Source of the DNA: Carcharhinus longimanus | Taxonomy: Eukaryota | Direction: 5' to 3' | NCBI GenBank assembly: GCA_030264375.1 | Contig: JASCQW010000027.1 | Coordinates: 62,292,814-62,356,813, forward strand | Length of the DNA stretch: 64,000 bases | Shown: piece after piece, positions 39,641 through 52,562 of the stretch | Layout of the letters: the number at the start of each line of letters is the position of its first letter | Numbering within the stretch: the first letter of the stretch is position 1 | Notes under the pieces: generated by a model | Database searches by the model: none | Told to the model about the DNA's origin: nothing | The model's input: the letters and a program-made list of their open reading frames with translations, nothing else | Made by a program: the position numbers and the translations under genes

Positions 39641-39926
39641 AAGTTTATTTATTAGTGTCACAAGTCGGCTTACATTAACACTGCAATGGAGTTACTGTGA
39701 AAATCCCCTAGTGGCCACAGTCTGGCTCCTGTTTGGGTACACTGAGGGAGAATTTAGCATGGTCAGTGCACCTAACCAGCAAATCTTTTGGACTGTGGGA
39801 GGAAACTGGAGCACCTGGAGGAAACCCATGCAGACACAGGGAGAATGTGCAGACTCCACAAAGACAGTGACCCAAGCTGGGAATCAAACCCAGATCCCTG
39901 GCACTGTGAGGCAGCACTGCTAACCA
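39641..39926 (-). mobile_element. V-SINE variant with alternative (Rex1-like) tail
   Basis: Same head and V-domain as the HE1 copies but the 3' part is ...ttttcacagtaactccattgcagtgttaatgtaagccgacttgtgacactaataaa. Confidence 0.85.
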
Positions 39927-40404
39927 TCATCATGTTTGGAAGGTATCAGATGCTTTACAGATTAACATATCTAAATAATGGGTGACTTTGTTTAATCCAA
40001 TGAGGCAAACTAGCATTATCACTTGTAAATTCTCATTTTATCAATGGCAGACATTCCACTGATTAGCAAAAGTAAGGTGGAAAGAAAAGCAAATCTTGAG
40101 TGAGGATTTATCTAGTTGTAATGCACTTTACTTTCTTACCTTCAAATAAACCTTTTAGGCATTAACTAGGTTTTTAAAAAGTTCATAACTAAATGAGCAT
40201 TTTCAAATCGACAAGGTAATGAGTCCATTTGTGCAGGTAAACATTTTCCTTGCACATTATATATCCATTTTATTGAAGTGTGTTGAAAAGGTATGGGAAG
40301 GTGAGAATGCCAGAAACACAAATAAGTGGAGTCTGTACAATAAAAATCAGCACAAAAATAATTCACATAACAATAGGAATAAAATCTGGTGCAAGAACAC
40401 TTAC

Positions 40405-40530
40405 CCTGGTAAGGTTGCATATCCTGAAGATCCGACTTACTAAATCACAATCCATTGAACAAGAAATGCATTCAACTTGGATTGGCCCATATCGAAGTGT
40501 CCCCTCTTCTGGCCAATATTGTGGACATCC
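40405..40530 (-). CDS. PTPRK: PTPRK coding exon (126 nt): GCPQYWPEEGTLRYGPIQVECISCSMDCDLVSRIFRICNLTR
   Basis: aaattag|GGA TGT CCA ... ACC AGG|gtaagt; CPQYWP motif; not in the ORF track. Confidence 0.96.
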
Positions 40531-41559
40531 CTAATTTACAAAAATAAATTTGTATTTCATGGTCACGAGCCATAAAGCAACATATTGACATAGTGATAAA
40601 AGCAGTAATGGACAGTGGGTCTGCAAAACTGTCAACTATTTGTTATGGAGGAGTATTTTTTGATATAATTTCAGGTATTTTTATGAGACCTCTTTACTGA
40701 ATGCTGTAACCATAAAAGTACAAATCACTTTTTGTACAATTGCTGCATAAAAAAAAGTAACATCAGCATGTGCTTCTTGTCTGATTACCCTAACAAATCC
40801 TTAATTCTGCACAACAACACATCTATTAAGAGGAGGTAATGTACTGTCACATTTAACAGTACATCTGATGATGAACCAACCAACAGCAAGAAAAGGATTG
40901 CATTCAAATCTGAGCAATTAGCAGGTAATACGTGTAATAAAATGGCAGCCAATAAACATCTCACGTATGAAACTTCCTAACCTAATTCCCTTATCTCCCA
41001 TGAGATTATCTTTACTGATTCTCCACCATCAATGGGTCACCAATGACATGATACATAACTGGAGAAATCATAAACTACGGAGCAGCTGAACATGCGATCA
41101 ATGGTTCACCAGCTGACCTCTCCAGACTTTCTCTGGCCATAAATACAATGGAATATTCACCAATTGCTCACTGGGTTCAACTTGTTACAATCTATGAGAA
41201 AGCAGTCTGCTTGCTTGGCAACACTATATACGGACTTGATTCATCTCCACAACAAGTGCACTATGACTACGTTCTGACTAAACAAGATGCATTGCAACAA
41301 CTCACCAATGGTACATCCAAAACCTCTAACTCCAAAAATGCTGCCATACCAGCAAAAACACCATTTCTCTGCCCTTGTTTTTGTTTGGCTGGTTACAAAT
41401 CCTTCTGAAGACGACATTCCACAGCCAGTTTATTCTGATGTGTGCGATATTCTAGATTGCTGCACAGTTGCACATCTTATAACAAAATAATCTTATGATT
41501 AAATCTTATAATGAAAGCTAGACCCCACTGGGTCCACCTTTCCCTATTCCCCAAAGGTC

Positions 41560-41930
41560 CCAATTCACCTCTACCTCTCCCTGCTCCCAACTAGCCTCCC
41601 TATCTTTGCCCTTTCCACGCACACACACACCTCCATCCTCCCTCTTCATGCGTACACTCAGCCCGCCACTCATTCCCATCCTCACTCTCTGTACACATAC
41701 TCACCCTATCCTCCAAGTGTGCACATTCACCAGCATCTTCCCTCTCCGTGCACACTCACCTATCCTACACCTCCAAACACACATCCGCACTCACCCACTC
41801 TCCAAGCACACATCCACACTCTCTCTTCACGCATGTCCCCATCCACTCCTTCCTCACAAACGTCCCCATCTCCTCTTCTAGATTCTTGCCCATCTTACCA
41901 TTACTTACGCATGTCCCGTCCCGTCCCCTT
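41560..41930 (+). repeat. C/A-rich low-complexity tract
   Basis: Degenerate cacac/ctcacc/ctatcc units; produces spurious His/Pro/Thr ORFs. Confidence 0.7.
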
Positions 41931-42854
41931 GTTGCATGTTTACACAACAGAGGGTGCATTGCTCTTGAGGTGCAGATGTTTGAAACCATGCTGGCTGATT
42001 GAACTAAATATAGGACAAGGTGGACACAGCTTAGAACAAATCAAAGCTCTACAAAACATTCTTACAACATGACTGCAAATATTGCTTTGCAAGCAATCAT
42101 AGGCTATGTAAAGTAACAAAAATGAATCGTTATTCCAACGACAAATAGATTAATGCTGAGCTAGAAATTTTGCATGCAGGGTTTGAAGATGGAAGTTTCA
42201 TTATGAGCAGAGACTGCACTAACCCACCTCCTCCTGAAACATGCAAAGAAGGTGCAATTGACGAAATGATGATATTTTAGATTAAATGTTTTCCCAAAAT
42301 CAAAGTTAAACAAATTTTGGGTATTAAAATGCATATAAATAATACATTTTGAACACGCTTTCTGGTTCAGTACTGATCGATTTTTTGATAGTGGGTTCAA
42401 AGAATATTTTATCACAAATGAAGCAAGGCGCCTGGGTGTGATTGTTGTCAGTGCAGATTTGATGGGCCTTCTGTGAAATCATCTGCCTTTCAAACTAGTA
42501 GTCTAAAATAAAATTTGAAGGACCATAACTCTATGAAAAGTTTTCAACCAAGTGAAAAAAAATATGAAAAACAGGAGCAGAACTTAAAAACACTGATTTT
42601 ACACTAAGTAGTTTGAGGGCCGATATCATGAAGGGTGGACAAATGGGGCACTTTGTTTGTATAACAATTTCATTTTTATTAAACGTGCTGTGTTTTGTTG
42701 AGCAGCAAAATGAATTAACAGAAATATGCAGTCTGCTCATCTGCGTGGTCACATTTTTAAATTACATAATAAATTGTTTAAGTGAACTTGAGTTGTTCTG
42801 TAAACATTGAAACAATCCTATATTTTTCCACAATTTCAAGATCACTGTAGATAC

Positions 42855-42986
42855 CTGCACAAGGTCCAGTTCATTGAGCATTACAATAGAAGTGCAGCCA
42901 TAGTCGTATACCAATCTCCAGAAGTCTTTGACTGTATTTGGCAAAGGATGCTGGGTGACTATAAAGGCAGCTGGCTGTCTGTAACT
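42855..42986 (-). CDS. PTPRK: PTPRK coding exon (132 nt): [44 protein letters not shown]
   Basis: tttgcag|AGT TAC AGA ... GTG CAG|gtatc; DFWRLV and IVMLN motifs. Confidence 0.96.
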
Positions 42987-43415
42987 CTGCAAAGAAATTA
43001 AGAGGATAAAATAATAAAACTTTAAAAAAAAACATCACTGGAAAGCAAAAATCACTCAATATTAATTTGATGGTAAGGTTTTTGCCAAGGTTTCCTGAAC
43101 TGCACATTAAAGGATATCAACTGGGGAAATTGCTCAAAGGTTTCATTCTGTGTTCTAGATGCTGAGAAGCATGCAGCTATGGTGTGTAGTTATAGCCTAC
43201 AACTTGCCCTTCAAGTTTCAATTATCTCACTTCCCTATGTGACATCCCTCGTGTTCCAGCTGAATCTGCAATATTATTGGTTGTTGCAAAAGAGGAAATC
43301 AAACTGGTTTCCCACATATGTTGCAGTATCAAGCCAAATTGTAAATGAAATGACCAAAAAAAAAATTGCATGTGCTTATACCTTTTTAAATCTAGTATTA
43401 AAATGGAACACATAC

Positions 43416-43589
43416 ATCCATAAGGGCAGCATTGATATAGTTGCTGCTTTCACCATCAATGGTAATTAAGAATGGTAGACATCTGTCTGGTGGCAGCGCG
43501 TCCATGTATCGATTCTTTTCATGATTCCTGGGAAGAAGGGCTATGCTGCAGTCTTCAGGTTGTAGTTGAGAAGAGACGGAATTTAGTGT
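43416..43589 (-). CDS. PTPRK: PTPRK coding exon (174 nt), D2 start: [58 protein letters not shown]
   Basis: gccacag|ACA CTA AAT ... ATG GAT|gtatg; KNRY and YINA motifs. Confidence 0.96.
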
Positions 43590-44529
43590 CTGTGGCAAGA
43601 AAAAAACAACATAGTTCAGTATTAGCCGTTGTAGAAGTTGATATTTTTAATATAAATGCCTGATTAATATACAAGTGGAGGATTCATCAAGAACACACCC
43701 TTGTATATAAAATATTAATGAGTTAAAGCACATGATTTGGATGACAGCTGCACCAACTGAGCCAGCAGTTTAATTAAAATTCAAATCACTAAATCACGTT
43801 TGCAGTTTCAGCATTTCTCTATCTGTGTAAGTACTGAAGACTAAATAAGACCCATGGGCTAGAGAATCAGTATGGAAAATCTGTAACTAATTGATCAAGC
43901 AGCACAGCACACAACTTCATTTGGTACCCGTAAAAATAAATATGCTGGTGCTTGAGGAGGATTGCCCTGTCATAGTTTCCAAGTGTCTGTCCCCAGAGAA
44001 GAACAGTTTCATTGACCTCAGGAGGTGCATCTAAAGCTTGATGGTATGCACAGTGCATGATTGCTATCTACAATGGTCTGCATTCTTGGCAGTCCTTTCA
44101 GCTGGAACAAATTATGTATTCCATCGAACTTAGCCCCTCTTTACAAAGACATTGGCCATTTTTCAGTTTTACAAATGAAAGCAATTGTAATGGACAGTTG
44201 ACAACACAAGTTTTGCAATGCAAAATAATTATATCCATCAACAACACAGCTATCTAAATGTAAACTAATAAATACGGTAAGTTTTAAAAAAAAACTGCAG
44301 CCAGCAGTATTACATTTTACACTTTGAAGAAGCCAAATTTTACAGGCTAGACCATTCATACAGTTACCTCCACTTTCTCCAAACTCCAATTTGACTGGTC
44401 CACGTGTGTTATAAATTTATGGAAAATCAAGTGGCCATCAGAAACTGAAAGCATAAATGCTTTGAAATAATGACAATTGCTGAATTGAAGTGTGTAAAGC
44501 ACCAGGACTTGTACCCGAAGCTTACTTAC

Positions 44530-44679
44530 TTGAAATTCATCTTTAAGTTGTGAGGAGTTACTTTGCGAATCAACTCTTGTCATTTCATAATATGTTGGCT
44601 TGACCTCGCATGTTGGTATTGAAGTGTCCCCACATAGACAAGCCTCTAGGATGGCATCATGAATGAAAATGTATTGTTC
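44530..44679 (-). CDS. PTPRK: PTPRK coding exon (150 nt): [50 protein letters not shown]
   Basis: tttttaag|GAA CAA TAC ... TTT CAA|gtaagt; Q-loop end and D1-D2 linker. Confidence 0.96.
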
Positions 44680-44941
44680 CTTAAAAATAACATTTCTAGT
44701 CAGTAACAAGTTCTCACTTCGCAGTTATTAAATGAATTAGTTGCATCTGAGGATTATCTGCTGTGGCAAGTGGTTCCCTGGAAACAGAAACTCAAACAAA
44801 TTATATCCATGGATACCAGGCTACTTACATGAAGTACATTTTTGCCATTTAGTGACAGGAAATTTGAAGTAAGAGTAAATTAATCCTGTGTGTTTCATAA
44901 AGATCTAAAAAGTGCATAGGAAAATCAGAAATGTTTGACAT

Positions 44942-45357
44942 TTGACGAATTTATTGGATTTCTATGAGGATGTGACTAGTGTGGTAGACAGAGGGGAACC
45001 AGTGGACGTGGTGTTTTTAGATTTCCAAAAGGCATTTGATAAGGTGCCTTACAAAAGGTTGCTACAGAAGGTTAGGGTACACGGAGTTGGGGGTAAGGTG
45101 TTAGCGTGGATAGAGGATTGGCTGTCTAATAGGAAGCAGAGAGTTGGTATCAATGGNNNNNNNNNNNNNNNNNNNNNNNNNNNNNNNNNNNNNNNNNNNN
45201 NNNNNNNNNNNNNNNNNNNNNNNNNNNNNNNNNNNNNNNNNNNNNNNNNNNNNNNNGGAATTAAGGGTTATGGGGAGAAAGCGGGAAAGTGGAACTGATC
45301 CACCTCAGATCAGCCATGATCTTATTGAATGGCCTACTCCTGCTTCTTATGTTCTTA
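44942..45357 (+). mobile_element. Young CR1/HER1 RT fragment spanning an N gap
   Basis: TNLLDFYEDVT..VDVVFLDFQKAFDKVP..WIEDWLSNRKQRVGING. Confidence 0.9.
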
Positions 45358-46034
45358 GAAATACTAATGAATTAAAACAATTTTTTTTAGTAGCAATCCT
45401 CAGCCCATCATCGGTGTTCTTCACAATTTTGGCTTTTGGTGTCAAAAAAGGTTTTGCAAGCAGATATCGTTGAGATGTTTACCTCTAAAACAGATGCCAG
45501 AGGTTGAGGTAGAAGGAATTGAATAGTAAGAGAATTCAAAGCTACTTCCCCATCTCTTGTCATGCCTTGTCCCTCTCCCGGGAAATAAGGGTAAGGATTA
45601 ATGAAGAAAATAAAAGCAAAGTCAAAATAAGTATAAAATGGGTGGTGAAAAGAACAAAAGCTGATGTTAAGCAGAATCATAATTAAAAGATAATTGAAAT
45701 CATTTATTTTTGTATTTTAGGTATAATAAAGGTATGCATGAGACTTTATTATGGTAATCTAAGTGTTTGTTTTAAGCCCAGTGTTCACAAGAATTCTCAA
45801 GCCCTTCTGGAGACCATTATCTCCTGAGCTTGTCAGAGGTTGAAGGTACTTTAACCGCAATCTAATGGAACAGTAAAATTAGCAGACACATACATTCACT
45901 ATATTTACCAAAAACTTTGCATCCTAAATATAATTCTATAAAGATGGAAACTAGCTTTTCTTGATGAGCATTCAAAGCGGAGACCACAGACCAAATGCTA
46001 ATCATCCTGTTGTTCCTATGAGGGACAATAGATA

Positions 46035-46335
46035 ATTTAGTTGAAAAGGCAGTCACGAGGGGATATGGGTTCAAAATGAGAGGCAGGAAGTTTAGAGGGG
46101 ATGTGAAGAAAAACTTTTTTACCCAAAGGGTGGTGACAGTCTGGAATGCGCTGCCTGAGAAGGTAGTGAAAGCAGGTTGCCTTACATCCATTAAAAACTA
46201 TGTGGATGAGCACTTGGCACATCATAAAATTCAAGGCAATGGGCCAGGTGTTGGTAAATGGGATTTGATGGGAGTTTGGGTGTTTCTAGTGTGTCGGTGC
46301 AGACCTGAAAAGCCTCTTCTGCACTATGTGATTCT
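46035..46335 (+). mobile_element. CR1/HER1 3' end
   Basis: RGRKFRGDVKKNFFTQRVVTVWNALPEKVV. Confidence 0.85.
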
Positions 46336-47689
46336 GAGGTGCAAATTCCACCTACTGCTCAATGATCAAAGGCAATCAATGAAGCAACAAAAGAAAAAAT
46401 GAAGTTGAAATAAGCACCAGATGGGAAATGAAAACAACAAAGGCTGACATTAAACAGTGCTTACTTGAAAATAATTGAAATTATTTAGTTTTGCTGTTTA
46501 AGTTTAATATTATAATAATAAAGATATGTATGAAATTTTATCATGTATTTAAGTTGTTCACTGGGTCACTTGTTTAAGCACCAAAAGCCTTGAAACAAGG
46601 AATATGCCCCCACCCCATGACAGGATTTTTTGCTTTTCAAGCTTCCCACTTGATGAGACTCACCTATCGCTGGCTGAATAACAGCTCCAACAGGATGCAA
46701 TTGTTAAATAGCAATTTCCCACTTAAAGGCTGCGATGAGCATGGAAGTGGAAAGGTTGCCCATAGTTTTTTCCAACCAATACCAAATCAGATCAGAGGTG
46801 TGAAGGAATTGGGGTCCCCACCCCCACCCCCACAATCCCCACCTGATTAAATGCCTTCAAATTCAGCTAGGGAAAGTGCACTAAATTCAGCCCATTAAAT
46901 ACCTTGCATAAGCAAATAAGGGGCCTAATGCATCCAAAAGCTTTCTACTTCAAAACTGAGAGAAATCAGAACCTGAGATTGCCAGCCACGCATGATAAGT
47001 TCTTCATTTTCACCTACCTTGAATGTGGACCACAGAGAGGTTGGATCCTCGAGAGCTTGCCACCATGACCGAGTCTCACATCCTCAAGCTCCCGCAGTCC
47101 GATATCCCCTAGATTCTCAACTCTGATTACCCCACAGCCTCTATCTAATCTTAGTCTCCACATAACTTATTCTATGTGCTGTTGTGCCTCACCGACTCCA
47201 TTACAATGTAGACTGTGGTCCAATGTAGAGGGATCTTGGGCCTCATGAATCAGGCACATGCCTTAATTTACGGACTTTTCTACTTTAAGTGGCTGAACCA
47301 TCAACGATGTTTCATTCCGCAAAATACTAGATGTGAATGTCATTCAGAAATATTAATGTAACTCATAGAAAGTACTGGAAATGATTTCATTGGCTAAAAG
47401 CTCCCAGCAGCAAATAATAACTTGTCTTTCCACCAAAGAAAGATTACTGTCCCATGGGCTTTAATACCCACTGCTGCAACCATGTAAAGAGGGTAATTGG
47501 AGCTTCATGGAAAAGCACTTTCCATATAACATCAATTTGAGGCTCTGTCAGAGACGACTGAAACAAATGATCAAGGACTTTGGACTGCTAACTTTTTAAA
47601 ATTTTAAAACCAGTTCACATATTTTGCAAGCCTACTATTTTATTTTTAATATCTCGCTATGCATTTCTGTCTCTGAGCATAGTCTAACA

Positions 47690-49335
47690 GTGTGATACTG
47701 AAGCAATCCATGGCTACGTGCAGCAAGACCCAAACAACACTCAGCATTTGGCTGGTAAGTGGCAAGAAACATTCATGCCTCACAATATCATCTTCAACAA
47801 GGGAGAATCTAACCAATTCTCTTGTTATTTAATGGCATTACCATCAATGAATTTCCTATTATCAATATAATGGGATGACCATTGATCAGAAAATGAAGCG
47901 GGTTAGCCATATATGATGTTGTGGCGACAACATCATGTCATAGACTGGGAGTTCTGGTGTGAGTAACTCATCTCCTGACCCGTCCAAAGCCTGTCCAGCA
48001 TCTACAAGGCACAGATCAGGAGTGTGGTGCAACAGTCCCCATTTGCCTGGATCAGTGCAGCTCCAACAACACTCAAGCAGCTCAACATCATCCAGCACAA
48101 AGTACCAACCTAAACATTCATTCTCTACACCACTTACATACAATGGCAGCAGTGCGTACCATCGACATAATTCAATTAGCAACTCAGCAAGGTTCCTCTG
48201 ATAGCATCTTCCAAACCAGCAACCTTTACCACCTAGAAGGGCAAGGACAGTGAATGCATAGGAACACCATCACCTGCAAGTTTCCCTTCAAGTCACACAT
48301 CAGCCTTGGAAATATATCGCTGTTCCTTCACTGTTGCTAAGTCAAAATCTTGGCACTCCCATCTTAACAGAGGGTGATTGTGGAGAGTTGTTTTGCAAAA
48401 TGAGGTTTAATTTAGATAAATGCAAGATGATGCATTTTGTTAGACTGAACCAGGGCAGGACTTACTCAGTTAATGGTAGGGTGTTGGAAAGAGTTATAAA
48501 ACAAAGAGATTAGGGCTACAGGCTCATTGTTCCTTGAAAATGGAGTCACAGGATGACAGATTGGTGAAGAAGGCAGTTGGCATGCTTGGTTTCATTGGTC
48601 AAAACATTGAATACAGGAGTTGGGACATCTTATTGAAGTTGTACAAGACATTGGTGAGGCTACACTTGTGATACTATGTACAGTTCACGTCACCCTATTA
48701 TGGTAAGGATATTACTAAACTAGATAAAGTACAACAAAGATTTACTAGGATGCTACCGTGACTTGATGGTTTGAGTTAAGAGAGACTGGGTAGACTGGGA
48801 CATTTTTCTCTGGAGCGTAGCAGGCTGAGGGGTGATCATATAGAAGTCAAGAAATAATGAGGAGCATAGATCAGCGAGATAGTCAATATCTTTTCCCAAA
48901 GGTAGCAGAGTCTAAAACTAGATGGCATAGGTTTAAAATATGAGGGAAGAGATACAAAAATATCATTAGGGGTAAATTTTTCAGAGGGTGGTGAGTATCT
49001 GGAACAAGCTGTCAAAGGTAGTAGTAGAGGTGGTACAACTTTGTCTTTTAAGAAGCATTTAGACAGTTACAGGGGTAAGATGGGTTTAGAGCGATATGGG
49101 CCAATGCGGGCAATTGGTACTAGCTTAGAGGTTTAAAAAAAAAAGGGCAGCATGGACAAGTTGGCCAAAAGACCTATTTCCATGTTGTAAACCTCTAATG
49201 ATAACAGTATTGTGGGTGTACCTACACCAACATTGATTGCAACAGTTCAAGGTGGAAGCTTGTTACCACCTTAAGGGTAATCTGGGATGGAAAAAATGCT
49301 GGCCTAGCCAGAAATGCCCAATCCCGGTGAAAGAA
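47690..49335 (+). mobile_element. CR1/L2-group LINE 3' fragment interrupted by a nested CR1 (48371-49201)
   Basis: Host sequence breaks at taacag 48365-48370 and resumes at taacag 49202-49207. Confidence 0.8.
48371..49201 (+). mobile_element. CR1/HER1 LINE 3' fragment nested with a 6 bp target-site duplication
   Basis: FNLDKCKMMHF and LYKTLVRLHL.Y.VQF remnants; flanked by TAACAG on both sides. Confidence 0.82.
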
Positions 49336-50199
49336 TTTAAGAAAAGGATTTACTGCCTTTCATAGTACAGCTATAGTAACTGAAATCCAGCTTTCCAAGA
49401 ACAGGATATTTTTCTCTCGAGCAGCACTTCTGGAACAGAATAAGCACAAGAATGAAGTGACTATTCTCAGGCTGATTCCAGAGGATATAATCAGTGAGAA
49501 TTGTGCACGCACAACACAAGTCTACTGCAACATCTTAAGATCTGCCTTCCCCCGACCCTCCCTCATTCCCTGTACACAAAGCTGCCTGTTCCACCAGCAA
49601 GAATATTCTGATTGCAATGTTCCCGGCTGCTTGCGGGCGAGAGAATCTGAAATTAGCTTTTACTCTTAATCCAATTATTGTAGTCCAAGTGACTGCTCTT
49701 TTCCTGCAAGAATCACTGCTGTAAGATTAATACATTTTTAAAAACATAGCCAGTCAAATTTTTAAATCTTCAACATTCGGCCCATAAATGGTTATAGTAT
49801 TTGTAGCATGTTAGCATTCCCCATCCCATGATCCGTATCCCAGTTATTTTTATGACATTAATGATAGAATACTGTACCTCTAACCCAAATGCACTGGCTA
49901 TTTCAAACTGTCTGGAGCACAGTGGATTTTAGCCACGTGATATAGGTCAGTTCCATACAACATGATACTTATCACAATCTTGATCAGAATGAGAATTTCA
50001 ATTGATTTAAGATCTGTCTGATTACAACAACTGCATCTCAGCCCAAACTGTAAATTGTTACTTTAAGGGTAAATGCCAAACCAACAAAAAACTTATATTG
50101 CTATTCAGCCAACTTCACAACATTTCCTTTTCTAACACATATTCAAGTCACAAAATATAACAGTAGAGAGACTATGTTAGAATTGTAAAAACCACTACT

Positions 50200-50720
50200 T
50201 TGGCCACAGCTAGAATACTGCAGATGGCTTTGGATCACTGTACTATTCAAAGAATGTGGTTGCACTGAAGAGGGTACAGACGAAATTTACAAGACTGTTG
50301 CCAGAAATGGTGAATTTTAGCATGAGGAAAGAATGGATAGGCTAGGTTTGTTTTCTTTGGAACATAGGAGGCTCGAGGGGAGATTGAATTGAGGTGTACA
50401 AAACCTTAAGGGGTCTCAGTACAATGGTTTGGAAGGACTGATATTTCTCTTCACAGAGAGGTCAATAACCGGTGGCATGTAATTAAAATAATTGGCAAAA
50501 AGAATTAAAGGGAAGTTGGAAGTTTTTTTTATCCAGAGGATGGTAGGGGTTTGGAACTCACTTTCTGAAATGGTGGTAGAGGCAGAAACTCTCACTGGAT
50601 ACTTTGGATATGTATTGCAAAATAAGCACTGTAACCTACAGGGTTACAACCTACAAGAGCTGGAGAGTGCAATCAGGCTGGATAGCCTTTTTCTGGTTAG
50701 CATGGACAGATTGGGCTGAA
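50200..50720 (+). mobile_element. CR1/HER1 3' fragment
   Basis: RLGLFSLEHRRL and FFIQRMVGVWNSLSEMVVEAE remnants. Confidence 0.8.
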
Positions 50721-50767
50721 TTGTGACATATGTTTCCCGTGTTACATTTCCAATTTCAGAAAGAATG

Positions 50768-50878
50768 GCTGGGATTTTCGGGACTCGCCGCGGGGGGGAT
50801 GCAGTGGGACAGCCGAAGTCCATTGGCTTTTGACAGGACTAGAAGATCCCAGAGATGGGTGGGGCTGAAAAATCCCAC
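50768..50878. repeat. MITE-like repeat
   Basis: Terminal TGGGATTTT / AAAATCCCA inverted repeat; core shared with 5638 and 62002. Confidence 0.55.
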
Positions 50879-50934
50879 TTGCACACTAACTCGTAAGACT
50901 ACAAGTTCTTTGATCGTATTGATTTGAATCTTAC

Positions 50935-51070
50935 CTCTGTCTGAACCATATTGATGCGCCTTGACCGTAACGCTTTAACGCAGTTATAGATATCAACAAC
51001 TCCTTCACGCTCTGCCATGTCTAACATAATATCTATAACGATATAGCATCCAGTCCTTCCAGCCCCAGCA
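50935..51070 (-). CDS. PTPRK: PTPRK coding exon (136 nt): (S)[45 protein letters not shown]
   Basis: ttttcag|T GCT GGG GCT GGA AGG ... ACA GAG|gtaag; completes the D1 signature [11 protein letters not shown]; phase matches the previous exon; not in the ORF track. Confidence 0.97.
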
Positions 51071-51361
51071 CTGAAAATACAAAGGCAGAAATGTGAATTT
51101 CAGGTCTCGTCCCAATTGTTGGTTATGCTTAAGTTCAGCTGACTAATCAATATTGTTATGAGAATTCTAACAGATTAAAAAAGTTATCAATTCAATTAAA
51201 ATGCAGTTTAGTTCAAAAACAATAAGCTGCAGATTGTAATTTCCTACAGGTTATTTTCAAAATTCCACGTACAATCAAAGTCAAAATTTGTGAAAGGATT
51301 TAAGAAGCTGACTGAGGTAAACTTTGCTGACAAATGTTGATCATTAGGACGTTAAGAATTA

Positions 51362-51870
51362 GAACATAAGAAATAGGAGCAGGAGTAGGCCATCTAGACC
51401 TTCGAGCCTGCCCCACNNNNNNNNNNNNNNNNNNNNNNNNNNNNNNNNNNNNNNNNNNNNNNNNNNNNNNNNNNNNNNNNNNNNNNNNNNNNNNNNNNNN
51501 NNNNNNNNNNNNNNNNNNNNNNNNNNNNNNNNNNNNNNNNNNNNNNNNNNNNNNNNNNNNNNNNNNNNNNNNNNNNNNNNNNNNNNNNNNNNNNNNNNNN
51601 NNNNNNNNNNNNNNNNNNNNNNNNNNNNNNNNNNNNNNNNNNNNNNNNNNNNNNNNNNNNNNNNNNNNNNNNNNNNNNNNNNNNNNNNNNNNNNNNNNNN
51701 NNNNNNNNNNNNNNNNNNNNNNNNNNNNNNNNNNNNNNNNNNNNNNNNNNNNNNNNCTTTTCTGCCAAAGTGGACAAGTTCACATTTTTCCACATTCGTC
51801 AAAGATTTGCCCACTTAAAGTTTGCAAGGAGACATTGGTATGTTCTCTTCACAATTTACTTCCTTTTTTT
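51362..51870 (-). mobile_element. CR1/HER1 fragment spanning an N gap
   Basis: NVEKCELVHFGRK before the gap and the CR1 3' tail after it. Confidence 0.8.
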
Positions 51871-52167
51871 GTGTTATATCCATCTAAAATGCTTAAATAA
51901 TTTGGCCAATATTATTTGAATTTGATCCCATAGAAGCTATTTAACTTCAGTGAGAATTTCTCCACTTCCCATATTAGCAAAACCTTTTAATATTAGGTTG
52001 CATAATAATGAAGTGCATCAAATGTAAGAATACATATTTTAGAAACTCCTGGAAACAGTCAGGCAACATCAATAGAGATGTCAATGTCACAGAAGTAGAG
52101 AGTCAGTTTTTAAATCACTTAAAAAGTTTAACAATATTATAGAAATATAACAATAAGTTTAGCTAAC

Positions 52168-52322
52168 CTGCAATGTACAACTACTGGTCCTGCTCCTGGG
52201 GGATTTGAAATTTTCACACGACGGATAAATGCCAGTAAACCAGTTGCATGATAAGGTACACCATGGTCAGGCCAACCAGTGAAATGAAACTGTTTAACTT
52301 CACGAATTTCATCAAAACCTCT
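52168..52322 (-). CDS. PTPRK: PTPRK coding exon (155 nt), WPD loop and start of catalytic motif: [51 protein letters not shown](S)
   Basis: ttttcag|AGA GGT ... CAT TGC AG|gttag; WPDHGVP and VHC motifs. Confidence 0.97.
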
Positions 52323-52450
52323 CTGAAAAACAAAATTCAAAATCAGGGCANNNNNNNNNNNNNNNNNNNNNNNNNNNNNNNNNNNNNNNNNNNNNNNNNN
52401 NNNNNNNNNNNNNNNNNNNNNNNNNNNNNNNNNNNNNNNNNNNNNNNNNN

Positions 52451-52562
52451 GGGACAATGCTCCGAAAGCTCATGCTACCAAATAAACCTGTTGAACTTTA
52501 ACCTGGTGTTGTGAGACTACTTATTGTGCTTACCCCAGTCCAACACCAGCAACTCCACTTCA
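52451..52562 (+). mobile_element. Penelope terminal repeat 3' end emerging from an N gap
   Basis: gctccgaaagctcatgctaccaaataaacctgttg.actttaacctggtgttgtgagact...; only the 3' half of the hammerhead is visible. Confidence 0.8.

Noticed and set aside
41606-42072. His/Pro/Thr-rich ORFs (also 26134-26647)
   Set aside because: Products of low-complexity CA/CT tracts with no splice or homology support.
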